Source: an uncultured Eubacterium sp.
Lineage (GTDB): Bacteria > Bacillota > Clostridia > Oscillospirales > Acutalibacteraceae
DNA: 64,000 bases
Strand: one strand, 5' to 3'
Assembly: GCF_900539325.1 (NCBI RefSeq)
Contig: NZ_UQCC01000003.1
Below are positions 39,224 through 49,681 of this stretch, piece after piece (the stretch's first letter is position 1; each line of letters starts with the position of its first letter). A program made the position numbers and the translations under genes. The notes under the pieces were generated by a model, which saw only the letters and a list, made by a program, of their open reading frames with translations, searched no databases and had not been told where the DNA came from.

Positions 39224-39734
39224 ACTTACCCTCCAAGAAATCACGCATCTTGGACAAGGCTCTTGAGAGCTTTGACCTTACTGCCCCAGAGGTATAGTCG
39301 GTGACTTTGGCAATTTCCTTGCTGTTAAAACCGGATACTGAAAGAAGAACTATGTCTTTTTCGACATCATTCAGTATGGCTAACGCTTCACGCAATTCAA
39401 GTGCCTTAAAGTCACCGTCGGTCGCCGAAAGGCCGCTTTCGACATCAGACAGATCGTCACTTTCTTTTGCTCGGATAACATCTTTCACATAGTGAGAACA
39501 ACTGGCGGCATGAATACGAAACAGATATGTGGAAAATGCCTTTTCATTCTTTAATTTTCCAATCTGCTCGAGAGCCGTCAACATAGTGTCGGATACTGCA
39601 TCCATAGCATAGTCAGGGTCGCCGATCTTGTACCACGCATAGCGGTAAAGAGCGTCTTTATATTCAAGGTAAAGCTGAGAAAAAGCCTCCCTGTCACCCT
39701 GCTGAGATCTTGCTACCAAGCTAAGATCTGCCAT
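39213..39734 (-). CDS. ECF-type RNA polymerase sigma-70 family factor.
   Basis: 173 aa. Region 2 (YLEYKDALYRYAWYKIGDPDYAMDAVSDT) and region 4 HTH (SKEIAKVTDYTSGAVRSKLSRA). Confidence 0.85.
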   Translation of the reverse strand: MADLSLVARSQQGDREAFSQLYLEYKDALYRYAWYKIGDPDYAMDAVSDTMLTALEQIGKLKNEKAFSTYLFRIHAASCSHYVKDVIRAKESDDLSDVESGLSATDGDFKALELREALAILNDVEKDIVLLSVSGFNSKEIAKVTDYTSGAVRSKLSRALSKMRDFLEGKYEK

Positions 39735-39835
39735 AAATTCACCTCTTTGAGATCTCTCTCATAATAATAGTGCAAAAAAACTTCAAAAGTGTTGCAAAAA
39801 AAATCAAAATATTTTAAAAAATATTATTTTCTGAA

Positions 39836-39865
39836 AAAAAGCCTCTAAAACAGAGGCTTTTTCAA
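39836..39865 (-). terminator. Intrinsic terminator of leuS.
   Basis: aaaaaaagcctctaaaacagaggctttttc (10-bp stem, U-tracts on both strands). Confidence 0.8.
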
Positions 39866-39907
39866 CACAATCTGACCGTGAAGTCACATAATAATCACAA
39901 AAAATTA

Positions 39908-42316
39908 TTACATAGCGACAAAGTTTACAAGCTTGCCCGGAACATAAATCTCTTTTTTGATTTCCTTACCTTCAAGAAGCTCGGCGATCTTCGGCTCAGC
40001 CTTTGCGGCTGCCAAAACATCATCCTTTGCCATATCAACAGGAACGGTAATCTTTGCACGGACTTTGCCCATAATCTGAATAACGATTTCAACATCGTTT
40101 TCCTTTGTTTTTTCTTCATCATACTCCGGCCACTTAGCTTGATTAACCATTCCGCCGAAGTTCATTACATCCCACATTTCCTCTGTAACATGAGGTGCAA
40201 ACGGATTAAGTAAAATTGTAAGAGTTTTGAGTTCTGCCTTATTACAACCCTTTGCAGAAAGCTCGTTAACCAAGGTCATCATAGCCGCAATAGCCGTGTT
40301 AGCCTTGAGGTTGTCAATATCATAAGTAACCTTCTTGATTGTTTTGTGCATAAGTGCTTCCATTTGAAGAGTGTACTCGTCACCGTCAACAACCTTTTCC
40401 TGAAGATTCCAGAATTTTTCGATAAATCTCTTGCATCCCTTAATAGAATCCGAGTTCCACGGAGCGGCTTTTTCAAAATCGCCGATGAACATCTCATAAA
40501 GACGCATTGTATCTGCACCGTAGGCATCTACGATTTCATCAGGGTTAACAACATTTCCTCTGGACTTTGACATCTTTTCGCCGTTTTCGCCCAAAATCAT
40601 ACCGTGAGAAGTTCTCTTCTTATACGGTTCCGAAGTAGGAACAACGCCGATGTCGTAAAGGAACTTGTGCCAAAATCTTGAATAAAGGAGGTGGAGGGTT
40701 GTGTGCTCCATACCGCCGTTGTACCAATCAACAGGTGTCCAATATTCAGCGGCTTCCTTGGAAATGAGTTCCTTGTCATTGTGTGGGTCGCAATATCTGA
40801 GGAAATACCATGACGAGCCTGCCCACTGAGGCATTGTGTCGGTTTCTCTCTTTGCCGGACCGCCGCAGCAAGGACAGGTTGTATTTACCCAATCGGTCAT
40901 CTTTGCAAGCGGTGATTCACCTGTATCGGTCGGTTCATATGATTCTACATTCGGAAGTGTAAGCGGAAGCTGACTTTCATCAAGAGGCACATAACCGCAC
41001 TTTTCGCACTTAACGATAGGAATCGGCTCGCCCCAATATCTTTGACGGGAGAATACCCAGTCACGGAGCTTGAAGTTAACCTTTTGGTGACCCTTGCCCT
41101 CTTTTGTAAGCCATTCGGTAATGGCTTTTTTAGCATCTTCAACAGACATACCTGTGAGGAAGTCAGAATTTGTCATAACGCCTGTTGCACAATCGGTAAA
41201 CGCTTCGTTTTCAACGCCGACCTTTGAACCGGCAACAACTTCAATAATCGGAAGGTCGAACTTCTTTGCAAATTCCCAGTCACGGGTATCGTGAGCAGGA
41301 ACTGCCATAATTGCACCTGTACCGTAAGAAACAAGTACATAGTCGGAAATGAAGATTGGAATTTCCTTATTATTAACAGGGTTGATACCCATAACACCGT
41401 CAAGTCTTACACCGGTTTTGTCCTTGTTAAGCTCTGTTCTTTCAAAATCAGACTTGTGAGCAGCCTCATCCTGATACTTACGAATCTCGTCAAGATTATT
41501 GAGCTTGTCTGCCCACTTTTCAATGTAAGGGTGTTCAGGTGAAATAACCATATATGTTGCACCGAAAAGTGTGTCGGGACGGGTGGTATATACTGTAAGA
41601 GTATCGCCGAGAGTTGTGCCGAAATCAACTTCTGCACCTGTTGAACGACCAATCCAGTTGCGTTGCTGAGTCTTTACTCTGTCGATAAAATCAACATCAT
41701 CAAGGTCTTTTACAAGACGGTCTGCATATTCTGTAATCTTAAGCATCCACTGGCTTTGATTTTTACGGATAACTTCACTGCCGCAACGCTCACAAACACC
41801 GTTTACAACTTCTTCGTTTGCAAGAACGCACTTACAAGATGTGCACCAGTTTACCGCCATTTCCTTTTTATATGCCAAGCCTTTTTTGAAAAGCTGGAGG
41901 AAAATCCACTGTGTCCATTTGTAATAAGATGGGTCGGTTGTGTTAATCTCTCTTGTCCAGTCAAACGAAAAGCCGAGAGATTGAAGTTGCTGCTTGAAGT
42001 GAGCAACATTGTTCTTTGTTACCTCTGCCGGATGAATGTGATTTTTGATGGCAAAGTTTTCGGTAGGAAGTCCGAAAGCGTCCCAACCCATCGGATAAAG
42101 AACATTGTAACCCTCAAGTCTTTTTTTACGGGCAACAATATCAAGAGCGGTATATGAACGAGGGTGACCTACATGCAAGCCCTGTCCGCTCGGATAAGGG
42201 AATTCTACCAAGCAATAATACTTAGGCAAGGAGAAATCCTGCTTTGCGGCAAATGTGTTTTGGGTGTACCAAACATTTTGCCACTTTGATTCTATTTGTT
42301 TAAAATTATATTCCAT
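39908..42316 (-). CDS. leuS: Leucine--tRNA ligase.
   Basis: 802 aa. HVGH and KMSKS class-I motifs, CP1 editing domain. Confidence 0.95.
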   Translation of the reverse strand: MEYNFKQIESKWQNVWYTQNTFAAKQDFSLPKYYCLVEFPYPSGQGLHVGHPRSYTALDIVARKKRLEGYNVLYPMGWDAFGLPTENFAIKNHIHPAEVTKNNVAHFKQQLQSLGFSFDWTREINTTDPSYYKWTQWIFLQLFKKGLAYKKEMAVNWCTSCKCVLANEEVVNGVCERCGSEVIRKNQSQWMLKITEYADRLVKDLDDVDFIDRVKTQQRNWIGRSTGAEVDFGTTLGDTLTVYTTRPDTLFGATYMVISPEHPYIEKWADKLNNLDEIRKYQDEAAHKSDFERTELNKDKTGVRLDGVMGINPVNNKEIPIFISDYVLVSYGTGAIMAVPAHDTRDWEFAKKFDLPIIEVVAGSKVGVENEAFTDCATGVMTNSDFLTGMSVEDAKKAITEWLTKEGKGHQKVNFKLRDWVFSRQRYWGEPIPIVKCEKCGYVPLDESQLPLTLPNVESYEPTDTGESPLAKMTDWVNTTCPCCGGPAKRETDTMPQWAGSSWYFLRYCDPHNDKELISKEAAEYWTPVDWYNGGMEHTTLHLLYSRFWHKFLYDIGVVPTSEPYKKRTSHGMILGENGEKMSKSRGNVVNPDEIVDAYGADTMRLYEMFIGDFEKAAPWNSDSIKGCKRFIEKFWNLQEKVVDGDEYTLQMEALMHKTIKKVTYDIDNLKANTAIAAMMTLVNELSAKGCNKAELKTLTILLNPFAPHVTEEMWDVMNFGGMVNQAKWPEYDEEKTKENDVEIVIQIMGKVRAKITVPVDMAKDDVLAAAKAEPKIAELLEGKEIKKEIYVPGKLVNFVAM

Positions 42317-42347
42317 TATGTCAGTCCTCCATAGGAATTATTTACTG

Positions 42348-42713
42348 TTATTCTTTGACAATAATATCGTCAATATTGATTTTTTCGCCGTCCTCCCAAA
42401 GACGCTCGATTTGATAAAAACCACGCTGTTGCTTGAGAAGAATGTGAATTACACAGCCTGCGTAATCAAGGCAAACCCACTCACTGCGTTCACCCTCAAT
42501 GTGATGAGGCTCATAGCCTGCCTCTGACAATTTATATTCAACCTCATCGGCAATGGCCTTGAGCTGTGTGTTTGAATTTGCTGTTGCGATAACAAAATAA
42601 TCGGTAAGAACGGTAATATCCGATACCTTGATGAGTTCAATATCGTCACCACGCTTGCTGTCGATTGCCTTTACGGCTATCTGTGCAATTTCCAAATAAT
42701 TTTCCTTGTTCAT
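42348..42713 (-). CDS. rsfS: Ribosomal silencing factor RsfS (Iojap).
   Basis: RsfS/Iojap-like sequence. RBS AAAGGA before the ATG at 42713. Confidence 0.85.
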   Translation of the reverse strand: MNKENYLEIAQIAVKAIDSKRGDDIELIKVSDITVLTDYFVIATANSNTQLKAIADEVEYKLSEAGYEPHHIEGERSEWVCLDYAGCVIHILLKQQRGFYQIERLWEDGEKINIDDIIVKE

Positions 42714-42777
42714 AGTCATTCCTTTATTATAAACATTATATATTGTGTAGGCAAGGCTCTGCCCTGCTGTATTTTAT

Positions 42778-43362
42778 TTAATCTACCTGTTTGATTATTG
42801 CCTTTTGAAGCACCCAATTATAGCAATAAAGGGTGTCGGGATGAATCAGTTTGTTTTTGTTTGCCAAATCGGTTATCGTAAACCGAGTGGCACAAAGCAT
42901 TGCATATGTAAGCGAATTGTCGGCAAGTTTTCTCACACTTTCAACATCCGGATAGCTACGCTCCGCACTTGTCAAATCGGCAAGATAAATCACCATTTCA
43001 AAATCTGTCATTTCTGCGTGACCCGTTGTGTGATAACGGATTGCACTCAAAACTTCCTCGTCATCAATGCCGAGAACGTTCTTTACATAACACGCTCCTG
43101 AAATTTGATGATACACCAATTTGTTACTTTTTTCAAGTTCTGTGGGGACAATACCTAAATTATCCATATATTTTTCCTGCTCGGCATAATCCGTTTCTTT
43201 GGTGATGTCGTGCAGAATTCCTGCAAGATACGCCTTGTCCTCATCAAGAGAATAAATTTTTGCAAGTTCCCTTGCCCGCTTCGCCACATTCATACTGTGG
43301 GTATAGCGATATTCGGACAATCTTTCTTTAATAATACTTTCGTATTTTTCAAAATCATACAT
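42778..43362 (-). CDS. yqeK: HD-domain bis(5'-nucleosyl)-tetraphosphatase YqeK.
   Basis: 194 aa. HD motifs (HSMNVA, ILHDITK). Canonical nadD-yqeK pairing. Confidence 0.8.
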   Translation of the reverse strand: MYDFEKYESIIKERLSEYRYTHSMNVAKRARELAKIYSLDEDKAYLAGILHDITKETDYAEQEKYMDNLGIVPTELEKSNKLVYHQISGACYVKNVLGIDDEEVLSAIRYHTTGHAEMTDFEMVIYLADLTSAERSYPDVESVRKLADNSLTYAMLCATRFTITDLANKNKLIHPDTLYCYNWVLQKAIIKQVD

Positions 43363-43942
43363 AGAGCCTGTGCTCCTTTATATATCTATTTACGCTTTCG
43401 GGGATATAGCAAGACACATCATCGCCGTTTTTTATCATATCCCTAATCTGTGATGACGAAATGTCGATAACATCAAATTCCGACACAACAACATCTTTTA
43501 ATTTTGGATGTTCCGCCTTGAAGTCCAGCATTTCAACATACTGATTTTTTTCTCGTGCCGCAGTGACAACGGTACAAGCAGAAAGTATTTCTTCAAACTT
43601 ATACCACTTTTCAAAATAGAAAAATTGGTCCGCTCCGACAATCAAGTAAAATTCATCATCGGGATACTTCTCTTTCAGCTCGCAAATCGTGAGATATGTG
43701 TAGCTTTTGCCATCACGCATAAATTCAATATCGCTGACAATTTGATTTTCGCCGACACAAAGCTCCAGCATATTGATCCTGTGCTTTCCGTCAATTAATC
43801 CGTCGGACGATTTATGCGGCGGATTGGCAGTCGGGATAAATATAATCCTGTCAAGCGAAAGTGCTTTTTTGTATTGCTCGGCAAGAGCCAAATGCCCGTT
43901 GTGAACAGGGTTAAACGCTCCTCCGAATATGCCTGTTTTCAT
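43355..43942 (-). CDS. nadD: Nicotinate-nucleotide adenylyltransferase.
   Basis: GIFGGAFNPVHNGH (H/T)xGH motif. Confidence 0.9.
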   Translation of the reverse strand: MKTGIFGGAFNPVHNGHLALAEQYKKALSLDRIIFIPTANPPHKSSDGLIDGKHRINMLELCVGENQIVSDIEFMRDGKSYTYLTICELKEKYPDDEFYLIVGADQFFYFEKWYKFEEILSACTVVTAAREKNQYVEMLDFKAEHPKLKDVVVSEFDVIDISSSQIRDMIKNGDDVSCYIPESVNRYIKEHRLYV

Positions 43943-44391
43943 CGGCTGTTACCCTGCTTTTTGTCACGGTCGTTGCGATAACGAGGGCGGTCATAAACAG
44001 CATAAGGATTTTTTGCTTCCTTTTCTCTCTGTCTTTGACGAAGACCTTTAATCTTAACTTTTTTCTTTGCCTTTGCTTTTGCCGTGCCCTGACCTCTTGC
44101 TTTTTTCTTTGCCTGAATTTTATCTGGATCGGCTTTTCTGTAAAGAACGATAATTCCGCCGATAACCTGAATAACCTCGGCATCAAGTCTTTCTGCAAGT
44201 TGCGGTGCAAGCTCCTTTGGTGTTTGCGGTGCAGTTTCAAGGTGAACACGGATTTTGATAAGTTCCCTTACATCAAGGGTGTCGTCAATCTGTGTAATAA
44301 GATTGTCGGTGATACCCTCTTTGCCGATTTGTATAATAGCCTCAAGAGAATTTGCCTTTGCTCTCCAAGCCGCTCTTTCTTTTGATGTCAT
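43939..44391 (-). CDS. yhbY: YhbY/CRS1 (CRM-domain) RNA-binding ribosome-assembly protein with a roughly 50-aa Lys/Arg-rich C-terminal tail.
   Basis: N-terminal 100 aa are YhbY-like (GKEGITDNLI...VIGGIIVLYR). The tail is KKKARGQGTAKAKAKKKVKIKG... Confidence 0.75.
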   Translation of the reverse strand: MTSKERAAWRAKANSLEAIIQIGKEGITDNLITQIDDTLDVRELIKIRVHLETAPQTPKELAPQLAERLDAEVIQVIGGIIVLYRKADPDKIQAKKKARGQGTAKAKAKKKVKIKGLRQRQREKEAKNPYAVYDRPRYRNDRDKKQGNSR

Positions 44392-45011
44392 AAAATATTC
44401 TCCAATTCCTTAGTTAACTTTCTCAAAGCGTTGCCTCTGTGAGAAATCTTGTCTTTTTCTTCTCCCTCATATTTACCGAACGATTTGCCGTTGATGATGA
44501 ACAACGGGTCATAACCAAAGCCTGCGTTGCCGTCACGCTCAAAGCCGATTGTTCCGTGGCACTCGCCTCTTACGGTAATTTCCTTGCCGTCGGGAAAAAT
44601 ACAACAAATGGCACAAACATAATATGCTGTACGCTTTGCTTCCTCAACACCCTCAAGTTTTTTGAGAAGAAGATTGTTGTTTTCCTCATCGTCTGCATTT
44701 TTTTCGTTGTCAACATTCACACCGTTGTGAACTTCAATATTTGCAAATCTTGCAGAATAAATACCCGGTGCACCGTCAAGGTAATCAACACAAAGACCGC
44801 TGTCGTCTGCAATGGCAGGAAGTCCTGTAATCTTGCAAGCCGATTCCGCCTTAATTTTTGCGTTAGCCTCAAATGTGTCGCCGTCCTCAACAACTTCGGG
44901 AAGTGTGATTCCGAGCATTTTTGCGGTTACGACATTTATACCGAGCGGAGCGAGAATTCTCTGCATTTCCGCAAGTTTTTTCATATTATTTGTAGCAAGA
45001 ATAAAATCCAT
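44388..45011 (-). CDS. rdgB: Non-canonical purine NTP pyrophosphatase (RdgB/HAM1 family).
   Basis: ILATNNMKKLAE, DDSGLCVD and FGYDPLF motifs. Contains an acidic low-complexity insertion. Confidence 0.85.
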   Translation of the reverse strand: MDFILATNNMKKLAEMQRILAPLGINVVTAKMLGITLPEVVEDGDTFEANAKIKAESACKITGLPAIADDSGLCVDYLDGAPGIYSARFANIEVHNGVNVDNEKNADDEENNNLLLKKLEGVEEAKRTAYYVCAICCIFPDGKEITVRGECHGTIGFERDGNAGFGYDPLFIINGKSFGKYEGEEKDKISHRGNALRKLTKELENIL

Positions 45012-46012
45012 TACTTTTTATCCTCCTCTGTCGGTTCTTCCTCAACTTTTACGCTTTCGTTGATGAAATCGGCAATGGCGTCGTCATCATCGTGAGTAGG
45101 CTTAATATCGAACATTGCAGACGCAAAAGCCTCTGCGTCAAACGGTTGCAAATCGTCAATCTGCTCACCCACACCGACAAACTTAACCGGAACATCAAGT
45201 TCATTATTGATTGCAAGAACAACGCCGCCTCGTGCCGTGCCGTCAAGTTTTGTGAGAATAATGCCCGTAATACCTGCTGCCTCCTTGAAATCTTTTGCCT
45301 GATTAACGGCGTTTTGACCTGTTGTTGCATCAAGCACAAGGAGAGTTTCACGGCTTGCGTTTGGAAGTTCTCTGTCAATTACACGGCTGATTTTATTAAG
45401 CTCATCCATAAGATTTTTCTTGTTGTGAAGTCTGCCTGCCGTGTCAATAATGATAACATCCGCATTTTTTGCCTTACCCGATTGAATTGTATCGTAAACA
45501 ACGGCAGCCGGGTCTGCACCCTCGCCGTGCTTTACAAGCGGAACGCCTGCTCTGTCTGCCCAAACCTGCAACTGCTCGATAGCACCTGCACGGAAAGTAT
45601 CGGCTGCACCCAAAACAACGCTTCTGCCCATAGACTTCAATCTCATGGCAAGTTTGCCGATTGTGGTGGTTTTGCCAACGCCGTTTACACCGATTACAAG
45701 AATGATTGACGGCTTGGTGCGAAGTGCAAGATAGCTACCGCCCCATACAACACCGGCAACAATATCCTTGAGCGTTTCTCTTACCTGAGCAACGCTTGTA
45801 ATATTATCGTTGGCAATTTTTTCCTTTAAGTCACCGATTACACGCTCTGCTGTCGGAAAGCCGACATCGCCCATAATCAATACCTCTTCAAGCTCGTCAA
45901 AAAGCTCATCTGTTATTTTTTCGTGAGATTCGATAGTTTCGTTAATCTGCTTAACCATACCCTCATCACGGGTTTTTCTAAGACCTTTTCTTAATTTATC
46001 AAACAAACCCAT
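45011..46012 (-). CDS. ftsY: Signal recognition particle receptor FtsY.
   Basis: 333 aa. [16 protein letters not shown]-loop and SRP GTPase motifs (DTAGR). Confidence 0.95.
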   Translation of the reverse strand: MGLFDKLRKGLRKTRDEGMVKQINETIESHEKITDELFDELEEVLIMGDVGFPTAERVIGDLKEKIANDNITSVAQVRETLKDIVAGVVWGGSYLALRTKPSIILVIGVNGVGKTTTIGKLAMRLKSMGRSVVLGAADTFRAGAIEQLQVWADRAGVPLVKHGEGADPAAVVYDTIQSGKAKNADVIIIDTAGRLHNKKNLMDELNKISRVIDRELPNASRETLLVLDATTGQNAVNQAKDFKEAAGITGIILTKLDGTARGGVVLAINNELDVPVKFVGVGEQIDDLQPFDAEAFASAMFDIKPTHDDDDAIADFINESVKVEEEPTEEDKK

Positions 46013-46103
46013 ATGTTAATTCCTCGCTAAAATTTGATACTTTTTTGTATTAAAAAATCGGTTAGATTATTTTAAGGTGCATTTTAAATGCGTTATCGTC
46101 AAT

Positions 46104-49100
46104 CTACGCTTCCAAGCCCATTTGTTGAGCAAGCTCTGCCGACTGAAGTTCAAGAAGTTTTGAAACGCCTTTTTCCTGCATTGTAACGCCGTACAAAACA
46201 TCCGCTTCTTCCATTGTGCCTCTACGGTGAGTAATGGAAATAAACTGTGTTTTATCCGTCATACGACGCATATACTTTGCAAATCGTTCAACATTAACAT
46301 CATCAAGTGCCGCCTCAACCTCATCATAAATACAAAACGGTGACGGCTGAACTTTGAGCACGCTGAAAAGCAATGCCATTGCCGCAAGCGACTTTTCGCC
46401 GCCGGAGAAAAGATTGATGTTTTGCACCGACTTGCCCGGAGGCTGAATTTTAATCTCAATAGCCGATTCAAGGCAATTATCCGGTTCTTCAAGAATAATC
46501 TCACCGTTACCGCCGCCGAAGAAATCGGCAAAACAGGTCTTAAACTCGGTGTTAATCTTGTTGAACTGCGTCATAAACTTTTCGCTCATAGATGAGGTCA
46601 GGTCATCAATTATCTTTGCAAGTTCTTTTTTACTCTGTTCAATGTCATCAGTCTGTTCCTTGAGGAAATTGTATCTTTCGGAAACTTCCTTGTATTCCTC
46701 AATCGCACCGACATTGATTGAGCCGAGTCCTCTGATTGCAACCTTGATTTCGTGAAGTCGTTTTTTAGCCTCTGCCATATCGTCGATTACAATTCCGAGT
46801 GCCTGTGCCTCGGGTTTTGTAAGTTCGTACTGTTCAAACAGCATGTCGCCGAGTTCGTCGTATTCTTTTTTCATATTAGCCTTGCGTTCTTCAAGTCTGA
46901 CAATATCACCCGACAATTTTTCCTTGTCGGTAAGGGTTGCCTTTTCTTTTGCACGAAGTTCGTTTGAACGCTTTTCAAGCTCATTTCTGTCCTCGATTTT
47001 TTGCGTTACGGCATCGTTGCTTTCACTTGCCTTTTGGCGAAGTTCGTCAGCATGTGCCTTAACATCATTGATAGAAAGCATGAGATTTTCGTTTTTGGCT
47101 TTAATCCCGTTTATTTCATCCGTGATGTTCTTAACTCTGTCGGACTGTGTTGACTTGCGAAGTTCCAACTCCTCAACAGAAAGTCTTGCCGCCTCGCTGT
47201 CCTTAGTCAAGGTTACAAGTTCAAGGTTAATTTGTTCCGTCTTTTCTCTGATTTCATCACGCTTTGACGAAAGTTCCTTTGCACCTGTCGAAACATTGTT
47301 AAGTTCGGCTTCGGTGTCTGCCATCTGCTTTTCGATTTCAGCAGCTTCTTGCTTTGCATTTTCAACAGCCTGATTGAACAGAAGAATTCTGCCCTCACTG
47401 TTTTCCTGTTCTCTGCACATTGTATCTCGCTGATTAATGAACGATTGGAGCTTGTCCGAAATAAGCTTTGCATCGCCCTCGGCACGAATGTACTCCTCCT
47501 TTGCGTTGCGTAAATCCGCATCCGCACCTTGGAGGTCGGCAACAGCAGAATTGGCATCCTCAACCGCTTTTTTGAGTTCTGCCTGAACATCTTTGAGTTC
47601 ATCGCCGATTTTTTGAGCCTCGCTCTTTAATTCTTCAATAAGATTTGCACGGGAAAGAACGCCGCTTCCCTTACCCTTTGAGCCGCCGGACATTGAACCA
47701 CCAGGATTCATCACCTGACCGTCAAGGGTGACAATCTTATATCTGTTTTTATATCTCTTTGAAATTGCAATGGCACAGTCAATATCTTCAACAACCATAA
47801 CTCTGCCGAGAAGATTTTCAACAATATCTCTGTACTGCTCATCACAATCCACAAGATTTGATGCAACATCGACAAAACCGAAGTTGTCATCAAGATTTTT
47901 TTCGTCCATATATCTCGGCTTGATTGCAGAAATCGGGAGAAATGTTGCTCTGCCGACATTGTTCTGCTTCAAGTAGTTGATGGCACGCTTTGCGTCACTT
48001 TCGGTTGACACAACCACATTTTGCATTGCCGCACCGAGTGCTATTTCAATAGCGGTTGAATTTTCGTTGTCAACGGTGATAAGCTGTGACAAAGTGCCGT
48101 GAATACCCGGAAGTGCCTTGCTTTGGCTTTGCTTGAGCACCGCCTTTACAGCACCGGAGAAGCCCTCCATATTCTTTTCCAAATCCTCAAGAACACGGGC
48201 ACGGTCGCTCTTTTCCGCCATTTGGCGTGCAAGCCTTTCGGCATCCTGCTTTATTTTCTCCGCTTTTTGCTTCTTGGCGTCAACTTTCATTTGATAACCG
48301 CCGAGAGAATTTTCGTATTCGTCAATTCGCTCTTTCAAGAACTCAAGATTTTTGTTGCTCTCGTCCGCCTGACTTTGAGTGTAATCAATATCCTTTTGAG
48401 TTGCCTCGATTTGCGATGCAATGGTGTTTTTACGAGAATTAATTTCATCAATAGACGAAGTTGCCTGCGACATTTTAACCTTGCTGTCGGAAAGTTTTAT
48501 CGTAAGAGCAGTAAGCGTTTGATTGAGTTCAACCGTCTTGTCCGAAATTTCCATATTTTCGTTTTGGACTTTGCTGAGTTCGTTTGCAACGCTTTCAAGC
48601 TCTGCCTTTTTATCTGCTATTAATTTTTCATTTTCTGCGATTGTTTTATTTTTCGCATCTATCTGCTCGTCAAGAGTTGCACCTGTGCCGTCCGCATCGG
48701 TGATGTCAGCCGTGAGCCTTTCGATAGTTTCGTTATTATGTTCAAGCGTTGCATTAAGAACGCTGATTTCACCGTCTTTGCGGAGTGCTTCTTCCTCGTA
48801 TCCGGAAGCGCCGAGTCTGCTTTGTTCAATAGCCAAATTAATTGAAGTGACCTTCTCTGCAACCTCTTCAAGTTCTTTTTCGATAGCGGCAAGGTCATTT
48901 TCAGAAACTTCATAAGAAGCCTTAACAGCGTCAATTTTATGTTCCTGCTCTCTCAATTCGACAGTAAATCTGTTGATTTTGTTGAGCCAAACGCCGATTT
49001 CAAGAGTCTTTTTTTCCTCGCTGTATTCAAGGAATTTCTGCGCCTTTTCGCTCTGCTTTTTAAGAGGGCCTACACGGCTTTCGAGTTCGCCTAAAATATC

Positions 49101-49676
49101 AAGAAGTCGCACAAGATTTTCCTGTGCCTGGTCAAGTCTGCGTTCTGCATCTTTTCTCTTATGACGAAAACGAGAAATACCTGCGGCTTCCTCGAACAGT
49201 TCTCGTCTGTCCTCATTTTTTGCAGAAATGATAGAATCGATTTTACCCTGACCTACCATGGAATATCCGTCCGAGCCGAGACCCGTATCCATAAATAACT
49301 CGTGAATATCTTTTCGTCTTACGCTTTCGCCGTCAATCTTATATTCGCTTTCGCCCGAACGATAGTAACGACGGGTTACGGTGACAATTTCGCCGTGGTC
49401 TTTGAGAGTACCGTCCGAATTGTCAAGAGTGAGCATAACCTGAGCAAAGCCGAGTGCCTTACGCTTTGATGTTCCGCCAAAAATGACATCTTCCATCTTT
49501 GAACCACGAAGCGACTTTGTACTCGTTTCGCCGAGAACCCATCTCACCGCATCGGAAATATTACTCTTGCCAGAACCGTTAGGTCCGACAACAGCGGTAA
49601 TACCCTTGCCGAAATTTAATTCTGTTTTGTCGGGGAACGATTTGAACCCCTGCATTTCAAGTGATCGTAGTAACAT
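46104..49676 (-). CDS. smc: Chromosome condensation/segregation ATPase SMC.
   Basis: 1190 aa. N-terminal Walker A GPNGSGKSN, long coiled coils, a hinge, and a C-terminal LSGGEK signature. Confidence 0.95.
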   Translation of the reverse strand: MLLRSLEMQGFKSFPDKTELNFGKGITAVVGPNGSGKSNISDAVRWVLGETSTKSLRGSKMEDVIFGGTSKRKALGFAQVMLTLDNSDGTLKDHGEIVTVTRRYYRSGESEYKIDGESVRRKDIHELFMDTGLGSDGYSMVGQGKIDSIISAKNEDRRELFEEAAGISRFRHKRKDAERRLDQAQENLVRLLDILGELESRVGPLKKQSEKAQKFLEYSEEKKTLEIGVWLNKINRFTVELREQEHKIDAVKASYEVSENDLAAIEKELEEVAEKVTSINLAIEQSRLGASGYEEEALRKDGEISVLNATLEHNNETIERLTADITDADGTGATLDEQIDAKNKTIAENEKLIADKKAELESVANELSKVQNENMEISDKTVELNQTLTALTIKLSDSKVKMSQATSSIDEINSRKNTIASQIEATQKDIDYTQSQADESNKNLEFLKERIDEYENSLGGYQMKVDAKKQKAEKIKQDAERLARQMAEKSDRARVLEDLEKNMEGFSGAVKAVLKQSQSKALPGIHGTLSQLITVDNENSTAIEIALGAAMQNVVVSTESDAKRAINYLKQNNVGRATFLPISAIKPRYMDEKNLDDNFGFVDVASNLVDCDEQYRDIVENLLGRVMVVEDIDCAIAISKRYKNRYKIVTLDGQVMNPGGSMSGGSKGKGSGVLSRANLIEELKSEAQKIGDELKDVQAELKKAVEDANSAVADLQGADADLRNAKEEYIRAEGDAKLISDKLQSFINQRDTMCREQENSEGRILLFNQAVENAKQEAAEIEKQMADTEAELNNVSTGAKELSSKRDEIREKTEQINLELVTLTKDSEAARLSVEELELRKSTQSDRVKNITDEINGIKAKNENLMLSINDVKAHADELRQKASESNDAVTQKIEDRNELEKRSNELRAKEKATLTDKEKLSGDIVRLEERKANMKKEYDELGDMLFEQYELTKPEAQALGIVIDDMAEAKKRLHEIKVAIRGLGSINVGAIEEYKEVSERYNFLKEQTDDIEQSKKELAKIIDDLTSSMSEKFMTQFNKINTEFKTCFADFFGGGNGEIILEEPDNCLESAIEIKIQPPGKSVQNINLFSGGEKSLAAMALLFSVLKVQPSPFCIYDEVEAALDDVNVERFAKYMRRMTDKTQFISITHRRGTMEEADVLYGVTMQEKGVSKLLELQSAELAQQMGLEA

Positions 49677-49681
49677 ATTTT

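Noticed and set aside
42317-42777. Expected T-box leader upstream of leuS (also checked for argS)
   Set aside because: The leuS start follows rsfS by 31 nt and the yqeK-rsfS spacer is 58 nt. Neither contains a T-box specifier or antiterminator sequence, so any T-box must lie upstream of the whole nadD operon, outside the view.
44439-45709. Plus-strand 205-218-aa ORFs opposite rdgB and ftsY
   Set aside because: Cys/Asn-rich shadow ORFs with no RBS. The minus-strand genes are conserved housekeeping genes.
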